This document shows positions 63,901 to 64,000 of a DNA stretch of 64,000 nucleotides, piece by piece. Both the position numbers and the translations under genes were made by a program. Numbering within the stretch: the stretch's first letter is position 1; the number at the start of each line of letters is the position of its first letter. Below the pieces are notes generated by a model. The model saw nothing but the letters and a program-made list of their open reading frames with translations, did not search any database and was not told the DNA's origin. Location: NCBI GenBank assembly GCA_963677975.1, contig OY782677.1:779605-843604 (forward strand), read 5' to 3'. The stretch comes from Bacteroidales bacterium (GTDB lineage Bacteria > Bacteroidota > Bacteroidia > Bacteroidales > UBA4417).

Positions 63901-64000
63901 CTTACCGTTAACCGGCGACAGCGATCCTGACGGCGGCACCCTGTCGATCACCTCGATCAACGGAGTGACCCTGACCCCGGGCACCGCGCAGACGATCCCT
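36953..64000 (+). CDS. Giant secreted repeat adhesin-like protein, 5' complete and 3' end beyond the window (>=9,016 codons). Contains a signal peptide, a unique N-terminal region, about 30 DUF11 modules, an SdrD-B-like module, about 25 HYR-like modules and >=11 cadherin-like modules.
   Basis: The frame with codon starts at positions = 2 mod 3 is continuous. I hand-translated it at more than 10 points between 36.9 and 63.9 kb and found no frame change. Start is ATG 36953 (MKGKRNVVLLCLGIMLTLGTLQTKAQ-N); an in-frame ATG at 36869 is less likely. Variation among repeat copies falls mostly at third codon positions of this frame. The ORF is absent from the track because it has no stop in the window. 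Confidence 0.9.
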   Translation, partial: MKGKRNVVLLCLGIMLTLGTLQTKAQNANYQYFLPIPEAQLNADFKTIYSGTGNVMTTVVSMVIGTTGTKIYYDNWEDGYEANPTSPGQASTQIWGDGILTNGVAPGYPADILNEGSTIALRNDVSLPRNPSVILYDGRDKVVATQAITISKAGWAVSPGTVLASSVEVYDLSIYGKEFRSTVGETTVGSNSMFNLTSLMIMASENNTQIQVDADANGSYETTVTIQQGESYLVASPTIGDVLQGAKVISTKPVQVNIVTGRIGSTYESRTFAAYPLELWGRNYYNPVCQTNASADVYAFLHNPGASSITITWTSSTGTGTFPVAAGATERFIMPLNSGVDFTAPSGSKFFGVGASDADATNNQTWDWGYSLLPEAYLTTSLITGWGPGSSQLPIPLVNGSPVWLMSLEATTIYVDYDNNPLTGGLTDPNGDKYDIAYAVTPRQVVRVYDPDKDQTSLHAYTINGSRIMGIWGEDPSVAGPANPYLDMGTTVLPDRNVELYKSAVITYSNVIKNKVSEFDTVTYTITMKNLSLRVKELNAMKDTIPAGFTYIAGTTKWNTYTIPDDGTGTPFPLDGNGFYVGSFGPNANETFTFKVVANAGITAHPTVINTVWVQSSFGDLWKARKILPVNVPQVTVCTLGFVDGSGNPVANYQPNTSVCLKVTDADRNTNTATAQTVTATITNSTQGEQETVTLTETGNNTGIFLGCITASSSGGQGNQNGTLYAIPGDNLNARSIDPVYGDICDAAQVGIATPSFTKPLYLSDTTGFASSPLSLDRVKPWDGTEALSSLMGTTGAGGPVALSATTSGKINLTLVSPYNFTVAHTVSGSNTLLMVAITHNDPTNAYNVTGVTWNTSQTLTRLGSRYNAAGTNNVTVDFWYLVAPDAGAHNVVVTFNGALPRGVVGVTSFTNVDQTTPFGTTVTNKGSSIKPSVPVASVTNEMVLDAVGFYDNTTLAVAGSQTQQWNVVDNVTNANTYDHVGGGGTMAGAASDSIKWTSSANNEWAIRAVRIKPNTISTVASVAFTQNPGMCSAFTIPASAAISASLYLTINTGSMPGSPSITATVTAGASTIATLNTASYSGGLLTLSGTTNAVTVPAGTPVVLTVTTAQAGVTFVIRYDHQTYPSRIDLPATTVITNDALNFYDAAYSGGNIVGGALTGQTIYIRGTASDPFGAADITSMTLKITDPSLTTTTITGIPVVNTSGCGKTFEYAWTVPNTTGTYTIQTIAREGTENNVSDTLTKTINVSFQDLGSPCTMAFTDNAGAPKINFAPNAQICVQISEADKNQLSGTAETITAVLSTAPGGDTESVTLTETGNNTGIFRGCINSNSTTNSSGVLYAPVGAIISAIYTDPNDPSDVCNANAYISAPAPAVTIVKSIVTPSDGITLVNTDVQFRIIVTNPGTTTLTTVAVTDNYNSTFLGYSGASIMPTSAGGGIISWSNVGPILPGGSVTIYVDFSALATVNNTTNSASVSASDATPTTVTSGPSTALVTITDPRMTLSKTLTSGGGNAYLGSTLTYSLVLTNTGNTVISTLPLTDQYSPSCMSLTSASIAPDANNGGMLLWNNLGPLNPTASITINLSYLVIGSCPSVNNSADVSYAYDVNSDPVPPVSSTVSKDIQLIPEAVNDTAYTTVNNAVIINVPGNDTDPNGNLNLASVTTSGLLAPAHGTLSAPDGTGHITYTPNSGYSGVDQFEYRICDNTSPPLCDVALVTVYINCAGTSGKNIINGTVFLDSNFNGALDNSETSTANVRVVLYQDVNFNGSRDGLDIKIDSVLTTNAAINYQFELVNSSWPKQYLVLTRTNSYPANSVLTTDNIEIANFAAQSTSDCNNNFGYAPGADLSLPKDVNVSHICKNGNVIFTLSLTNSGPATANNVAVKDMLPSGLTYVGSIPGQGSYSNATGIWTVGSVTSGTTLTLQITAQATGTGYITNTAEVSASDQYDIDSEVNNNNPLEDDQNDAQILIYDVPAVTTSSNSPVCVGSSITLSSTPSGGASPYTFSWTGPDGYTGNTEDPTVSASATTAMAGTYNLMVSDTNGCSAYSSTSVVVDNQPPTVTSCPSNISHAVDAGECNYTVNPSEPVFADNCSVTSVTWVMAGANTGSGSISIGSTDFLTGTTTITYTAQDAAGNTATCSFTVTVTDNINPAITCPSNVSQNVSSGCDKSIAITDPTYSDNCSVTALTWAMTGATTATSAGTGINVVGTQTFNVGTSTITYTAKDAANNTATCSFTVTVTDNINPAITCPSNVSQNVSSGCDKSIAITDPTYSDNCSVTALTWAMTGATTATSAGTGINVVGTQTFNVGTSTITYTAKDAANNIATCSFTVTVTDNINPAITCPSNVSQNVSSGCDKSIAITDPTYSDNCSVTALTWAMTGATTAASAGTGINVVGTQTFNVGTSTITYTAKDAANNTATCSFTVTVTDNINPAITCPSNVSQNVSSGCDKSIAITDPTYSDNCSVTALTWAMTGATTATSAGTGINVVGTQTFNVGTSTITYTAKDAANNTATCSFTVTVTDNINPAITCPSNVSQNVSSGCDKSIAITDPTYSDNCSVTALTWAMTGATTATSAGTGINVVGTQTFNVGTSTITYTAKDAANNTATCSFTVTVTDNINPAITCPSNVSQNVSSGCDKSIAITDPTYSDNCSVTALTWAMTGATTATSAGTGINVVGTQTFNVGTSTITYTAKDAANNTATCSFTVTVTDNINPAITCPSNVSQNVSSGCDKSIAITDPTYSDNCSVTALTWAMTGATTATSAGTGINVVGTQTFNVGTSTITYTAKDAANNIATCSFTVTVTDNINPAITCPSNVSQNVSSGCDKSIAITDPTYSDNCSVTALTWAMTGATTATSAGTGINVVGTQTFNVGTSTITYTAKDAANNTASCSFTVTLTDNINPAITCPSNVSQNVSSGCDKSIAITDPTYSDNCSVTALTWAMTGATTATSAGTGINVVGTQTFNVGTSTITYTAKDAANNTATCSFTVTVTDNINPAITCPSNVSQNVSSGCDKSIAITDPTYSDNCSVTALTWAMTGATTATSAGTGINVVGTQTFNVGTSTITYTAKDAANNTATCSFTVTVTDNINPAITCPSNVSQNVSSGCDKSIAITDPTYSDNCSVTALTWAMTGATTATSSGTGINVVGTQTFNVGTSTITYTAKDAANNTATCSFTVTVTDNINPAITCPSNVSQNVSSGCDKSIAITDPTYSDNCSVTALTWAMTGATTATSAGTGINVVGTQTFNVGTSTITYTAKDAANNTATCSFTVTVTDNINPAITCPSNVSQNVSSGCDKSIAITDPTYSDNCSVTALTWAMTGATTATSAGTGINVVGTQTFNVGTSTITYTAKDAANNTASCSFTVTVTDNINPAITCPSNVSQNVSSGCDKSIAITDPTYSDNCSVTALTWAMTGATTATSAGTGINVVGTQTFNVGTSTITYTAKDAANNTATCSFTVTVTDNINPAITCPSNVSQNVSSGCDKSIAITDPTYSDNCSVTALTWAMTGATTATSAGTGINVVGTQTFNVGTSTITYTAKDAANNTASCSFTVTVTDNISPNISDCGLNLSANANGSCQAAVPNFTTAVVATDNCTASGSLTITQSPAATTLVGAGVTTVTISVADAVGNTSTCSRTFTVTDNDPPVFDCGTLTTVSLTTNPSTGCTNDTDVTPPVATDNCDTPITGVGTRSDAAAINAAWPLGTTTITWTFTDAAGNTTTCSQNVTVTDNDPPVFDCGTLTTVTLTTNPSTGCTNDTDVTPPVATDNCDTPITGVGTRNDAAAINAAWPLGTTTITWTFTDAAGNSTTCSQNVTVTDNDPPVFDCGTLTTVSLTTNPSTGCTNDTDVTPPVATDNCDTPITGVGMRSDAAGINSPWTLGTTTITWTFTDAAGNTTTCSQNVTVTDNDPPVFDCGTLTTVSLTTNPSTGCTNDTDVTPPVATDNCDTPITGVGTRSDAAGINSPWTLGTTTITWTFTDAAGNTTTCSQNVTVTDNDPPVFDCGTLTTVALTTNPSTGCTNDTDVTPPVATDNCDTPITGVGTRSDAAGINSPWTLGTTTITWTFTDAAGNSTTCSQNVTVTDNDPPVFDCGTLTTVSLTTNPSTGCTNDTDVTPPVATDNCDTPITGVGTRSDAAGINSPWTLGTTTITWTFTDAAGNSTTCSQNVTVTDNDPPVFDCGTLTTVSLTTNPSTGCMNDTDVTPPVATDNCDTPITGVGTRSDAAAINAAWPLGTTTITWTFTDAAGNSTTCSQNVTVTDNDPPTVATCPSNILINNEPGICGAHVTYTLPTFNDNCAGSGLTGTLTAGQVSGSLFPTGTTTVTYEYTDPSGNGPAICSFTVVVKPCADLTITKTDGTATYTPGTTTTYTIVATNNGPSSITGGTISDAIPSGTTWIFTAVGTGGATGFTSGPANTAINDVVNMPSSSTITYTVVVTIPTGRTGNLVNTATITPPAGVADPTPANNNAVDTDVQNSIADLRITKTDGTATYTPGTTTTYTIVATNNGPSTVIGATISDAIPAGTTWSYTASSTGLATGFTAGPATTDINDVVNMPGGSTITYTVVVTIPSGQTGDLVNTATIAVPVGVTDPTPGNNNATDTDTKNSKADLSITKTDGIGTYIPGTTTTYMIVVTNNGPSDVTGATVADAIPSGTTWIYTSSAAGGATGYTPGPAITAISDVVNMPAGSTVTYSVVVTIPSGRTGNLINTATVTAPVGIPDPNPGNNSATDIDAQNSTADLSITKTDGIGTYIPGTTTTYTIVVTNSGPSYVTGATISDAIPSGTTWSYTASGTGGATGFTTGTGTAAINNTVNMPVGSTITYIVTVTIPSGRTGDLVNTATVTAPGGVTDPTPGNNSATDTDTKNSVADLSITKTDGNATYIPGTTTTYTIVATNNGPSNVTGATIADAIPSGTTWSYTASATGGATGFTAGPATTAINNIVNMPSGSKITYTVVVTIPSGRTGNLVNTATVTTPVGVTDPTPGNNSATDTDTQNSIADLRITKTDGHATYVPGTTTTYTIVATNTGPSNVTGASIADAIPSGTTWSYSASATGGATGFTAGPATNAISDVVNMPGGSTITYTVVVTIPSGRTGNLVNTASIVAPVGVTDPTPGNNSATDTDTQNSIADLRITKTDGITIYIPGTTTTYTIVATNNGPSNVIGATISDAIPSGTTWSYTASATGGATGVTAGPSTTAISDVVNMPGGSTITYIVVLTIPSGQTGALINTATITVPGGVTDPTPGNNTATDTDVPMSSADLVTVKTDGNATYTAGTNVVYTVTVTNNGPSDAVNVLVADNAPSGTAITGWTSSGTGATPPNASGIGNLSETVLSMPNGSSVTYTITVSVPSDYTGNLVNTATVSSPTPDPDPTCPACTDTDTPSPSANLVTVKTDGSATYTAGTNVVYTVTVTNNGPSDAVNVLVADNAPAGTAITGWTASGTGATPPNASGSGNLSETVPGMPNGSSVTYTITVSVPSDYTGNLVNTATVSSPTPDPDPTCPACTDTDTPSPSANLVTVKTDGSATYTAGTNVVYTVTVTNNGPSDAVNVLVADNAPAGTAITGWTASGTGATPPNASGSGNLSETVPGMPNGSSVTYTITVSVPSDYTGNLVNTATVSSPTPDPDPTCPACTDTDTPSPSANLVTVKTDGSATYTAGTNVVYTVTVTNNGPSDAVNVLVADNAPAGTAITGWTASGTGATPPNASGSGNLSETVPGMPNGSSVTYTITVSVPSDYTGNLVNTATVSSPTPDPDPTCPACTDTDTPSPSANLVTVKTDGNSTYTAGTNVVYTVTVTNNGPSDAVNVLVADNAPSGTAITGWTASGTGATPPNASGSGNLSETVPGMPNGSSVTYTITVSVPSDYTGNLVNTATVSSPTPDPDPTCPACTDTDTPSPSANLVTVKTDGSATYTAGTNVVYTVTVTNNGPSDAVNVLVADNAPAGTAITGWTASGTGATPPNASGSGNLSETVPGMPNGSSVTYTITVSVPSDYTGNLVNTATVSSPTPDPDPTCPACTDTDTPSPSANLVTVKTDGSATYTAGTNVVYTVTVTNNGPSDAVNVLVADNAPAGTAITGWTASGTGATPPNASGSGNLSETVPGMPNGSSVTYTITVSVPSDYTGNLVNTATVSSPTPDPDPTCPACTDTDTPSPSANLVTVKTDGNSTYTAGTNVVYTVTVTNNGPSDAVNVLVADNAPSGTAITGWTASGTGATPPNASGSGNLSETVPGMPNGSSVTYTITVSVPSDYTGNLVNTATVSSPTPDPDPTCPACTDTDTPSPSANLVTVKTDGSATYTAGTNVVYTVTVTNNGPSDAVNVLVADNAPSGTAITGWTASGTGATPPNASGIGNLSETVLSMPNGSSVTYTITVSVPSDYTGNLVNTATVSSPTPDPDPTCPACTDTDTPSPSANLVTVKTDGSATYTAGTNVVYTVTVTNNGPSDAVNVLVADNAPAGTAITGWTASGTGATPPNASGSGNLSETVLSMPNGSSVTYTITVSVPSDYTGNLVNTATVSSPTPDPDPTCPACTDTDTPSPSANLVTVKTDGNATYTAGTNVVYTVTVTNNGPSDAVNVLVADNAPSGTAITGWTSSGTGATPPNASGIGNLSETVLSMPNGSSVTYTITVSVPSDYTGNLVNTATVSSPTPDPDPTCPACTDTDTPSPSANLVTVKTDGSATYTAGTNVVYTVTVTNNGPSDAVNVLVADNAPSGTAITGWTASGTGATPPNASGSGNLSETVPGMPNGSSVTYTITVSVPSDYTGNLVNTATVSSPTPDPDPTCPACTDTDTPSPSANLVTVKTDGNATYTAGTNVVYTVTVTNNGPSDAVNVLVADNAPSGTAITGWTSSGTGATPPNASGIGNLSETVLSMPNGSSVTYTITVSVPSNYTGNLVNTATVSSPTPDPDPTCPACTDTDTPSPSANLVTVKTDGNSTYTAGTNVVYTVTVTNNGPSDAVNVLVADNAPAGTAITGWTASGTGATPPNASGSGNLSETVPGMPNGSSVTYTITVSVPSDYTGNLVNTATVSSPTPDPDPTCPACTDTDTPSPSANLVTVKTDGNATYTAGTNVVYTVTVTNNGPSDAVNVLVADNAPSGTAITGWTSSGTGATPPNASGIGNLSETVPGMPNGSSVTYTITVSVPSNYTGNLVNTATVSSPTPDPDPTCPACTDTDTPSPSANLVTVKTDGNATYTAGTNVVYTVTVTNNGPSDAVNVLVADNAPSGTAITGWTASGTGATPPNASGIGNLSETVPGMPNGSSVTYTITVSVPSDYTGNLVNTATVSSPTPDPDPTCPACTDTDTPSPSANLVTVKTDGSATYTAGTNVVYTVTVTNNGPSDAVNVLVADNAPSGTAITGWTASGTGATPPNASGSGNLSETVPGMPNGSSVTYTITVSVPSDYTGNLVNTATVSSPTPDPDPTCPACTDTDTPSPSANLVTVKTDGNATYTAGTNVVYTVTVTNNGPSDAVNVLVADNAPSGTAITGWTSSGTGATPPNASGIGNLSETVLSMPNGSSVTYTITVSVPSDYTGNLVNTATVSSPTPDPDPTCPACTDTDTPSPSANLVTVKTDGSATYTAGTNVVYTVTVTNNGPSDAVNVLVADNAPAGTAITGWTASGTGATPPNASGSGNLSETVPGMPNGSSVTYTITVSVPSDYTGNLVNTATVSSPTPDPDPTCPACTDTDQNYSLTVVKTQTSGPNPVTAAGQLLTYSIVITNSGTINQTGLVPTEIYPGAGTGTLSAATESISTNGILNVGETWTYIATYTTTQADVDAAIPLINTISVVTNEMPSPTTDTETTPVISTPVISLTKTADDVSDVTLGQTITYTYVITNTGNVTMSNVSVSDVINVGTGTLSSISPTSVASLAVGASTSFTATYIVTQADVNHQVNITNTATATAYNGATPYTATDNESVDVTDLPTAVTDTYTTTEDTPITLLPLTGDSDPDGGTLSITSINGVTLTPGTAQTIPVTNGTVSITAGGVITFTPAANYFGTVTFPYVISDGQGGTATADEIINISSVNDPPIAVTDTYTTTEDTPVTLLPLTGDSDPDGGTLSITSINGVTLTPGTAQTIPVTNGTVSITAGGVITFTPAANYFGTVTFPYVISDGQGGTATADEIINISSVNDPPIAVTDTYTTTEDTPVTLLPLTGDSDPDGGTLSITSINGVTLTPGTAQTIPVTNGTVSITAGGVITFTPAANYFGTVTFPYVISDGQGGTATADEIINISSVNDPPIAVTDTYTTTEDTPVTLLPLTGDSDPDGGTLSITSINGVTLTPGTAQTIPVTNGTVSITAGGVITFTPAANYFGTVTFPYVISDGQGGTATADEIINISSVNDPPIAVTDTYTTTEDTPVTLLPLTGDSDPDGGTLSITSINGVTLTPGTAQTIPVTNGTVSITAGGVITFTPAANYFGTVTFPYVISDGQGGTATADEIINISSVNDPPIAVTDTYTTTEDTPVTLLPLTGDSDPDGGTLSITSINGVTLTPGTAQTIPVTNGTVSITAGGVITFTPAANYFGTVTFPYVISDGQGGTATADEIINISSVNDPPIAVTDTYTTTEDTPVTLLPLTGDSDPDGGTLSIISINGVTLTPGTAQTIPVTNGTVSITAGGVITFTPAANYFGTVTFPYVISDGQGGTATADEIINISSVNDPPIAVTDTYTTTEDTPVTLLPLTGDSDPDGGTLSITSINGVTLTPGTAQTIPVTNGTVSITAGGVITFTPAANYFGTVTFPYVISDGQGGTATADEIINISSVNDPPIAVTDTYTTTEDTPVTLLPLTGDSDPDGGTLSITSINGVTLTPGTAQTIPVTNGTVSITAGGVITFTPAANYFGTVTFPYVISDGQGGTATADEIINISSVNDPPIAVTDTYTTTEDTPVTLLPLTGDSDPDGGTLSITSINGVTLTPGTAQTIPVTNGTVSITAGGVITFTPAANYFGTVTFPYVISDGQGGTATADEIINISSVNDPPTAVTDTYTTAEDTPVTLLPLTGDSDPDGGTLSITSINGVTLTPGTAQTIP
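43381..47610 (+). repeat. 15 near-identical tandem 282-bp (94-aa) units, HYR (hyalin repeat)-type domains
   Basis: The unit TDNINPAITCPSNVSQNVSSGCDKSIAITDPTYSDNCSVTALTWAMTGATTATSAGTGINVVGTQTFNVGTSTITYTAKDAANNTATCSFTVTV recurs at exactly 282-bp spacing (43381, 43663 ... 47329). More diverged HYR-like units flank the array at about 43120-43380 and 47611-47870. Confidence 0.9.
47871..49718 (+). repeat. 7 tandem 264-bp (88-aa) HYR-like units
   Basis: The unit DNDPPVFDCGTLTTVSLTTNPSTGCTNDTDVTPPVATDNCDTPITGVGTRSDAA(A/G)IN(AA/SP)W(P/T)LGTTTITWTFTDAAGN(T/S)TTCSQNVTVT recurs at 47871, 48135, 48399 ... 49455. Two sequence subtypes are intermixed. Confidence 0.9.
49982..52711 (+). repeat. 7 diverged tandem 390-bp (130-aa) DUF11 / conserved-repeat-domain units
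   Basis: Each unit starts ADL(T/R/S)ITKTDG..TY.PGTTTTYTIVATNNGPS and ends DP(T/N)PGNN.ATDTD. Units start at 49982, 50372, 50762, 51152, 51542, 51932 and 52322. Copies are clearly diverged at both DNA and protein level. Confidence 0.85.
52712..59992 (+). repeat. 19 near-identical tandem 384-bp (128-aa) DUF11-type units, each with a TCPAC motif
   Basis: The unit (A)NLVTVKTDGSATYTAGTNVVYTVTVTNNGPSDAVNVLVADNAPAGTAITGWTASGTGATPPNASGSGNLSETVPGMPNGSSVTYTITVSVPSDYTGNLVNTATVSSPTPDPDPTCPACTDTDTPSPS recurs at exactly 384-bp spacing from 52712. The last unit loses the linker at about 59992. Confidence 0.9.
60701..64000 (+). repeat. >=10.5 near-identical tandem 315-bp (105-aa) cadherin-like / tandem-95-type units; the array is cut by the window end
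   Basis: The unit (I/T)AVTDTYTTTEDTPVTLLPLTGDSDPDGGTLSITSINGVTLTPGTAQTIPVTNGTVSITAGGVITFTPAANYFGTVTFPYVISDGQGGTATADEIINISSVNDPP starts at 60701, 61016 ... 63851. Confidence 0.9.

Noticed and set aside
43381-64000. The strict periodicities (282, 264, 384 and 315 bp) could suggest a CRISPR array or satellite DNA.
   Set aside because: There is no alternation of short conserved repeats with unique spacers. Every period is a multiple of 3, and the whole region is one continuous reading frame encoding recognisable domains.

Overview
The window looks like a Bacteroidota chromosome. Secreted proteins use A-Q signal-peptide cleavage motifs, and there is a PadR-PspC pair, a LytTR/His_kinase two-component pair, and a TonB receptor with a carboxypeptidase-regulatory domain. 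All family names come from motif recognition by eye; no searches were run.

Layout:
- 0.3-8 kb: regulators, small membrane and redox proteins, and a TonB-dependent receptor.
- 8.2-18.2 kb: a co-directional leucine/isovalerate catabolic cluster (MCCase beta, methylglutaconyl-CoA hydratase-like, MCCase alpha, acyl-CoA dehydrogenase, HMG-CoA lyase, CoA-transferase A/B). It is interrupted by a TMEM175-type channel gene and a secreted alpha/beta hydrolase gene.
- 18.4-21.2 kb: an apparently intact IS21-family element (istA/istB) with terminal inverted repeats and a 6-bp target duplication.
- 21.5-32.3 kb: an Rh-type ammonium transporter, a second HMGL-like lyase, a three-subunit biotin acyl-CoA carboxylase, a type I asparaginase, a 546-bp tandem duplication carrying two DUF559 endonuclease-fold genes bracketed by GC-rich hairpin/inverted-repeat elements, and TatD.
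- 32.6-34.9 kb: a PAS-rich sigma-54 enhancer-binding protein.
- 34.9-36.9 kb: an AT-rich, ORF-poor leader with a recurring TTGCGCAATAT-NN-TGCGC palindromic motif and stable hairpins.
- 36,953 to the window end: one unterminated + strand ORF of at least 9,016 codons. The ORF track does not list it and shows only antisense shadow ORFs there.

The giant ORF encodes a secreted adhesin-like protein. Most of it consists of in-frame tandem arrays: 15 x 282 bp HYR, 7 x 264 bp HYR-like, 7 x 390 bp diverged DUF11 leading into 19 x 384 bp near-identical DUF11 units that each carry a CPAC motif, and at least 10.5 x 315 bp cadherin-like units. It is the main candidate for something unusual. The DUF559 hairpin cassette and the upstream palindromic control region are secondary candidates.
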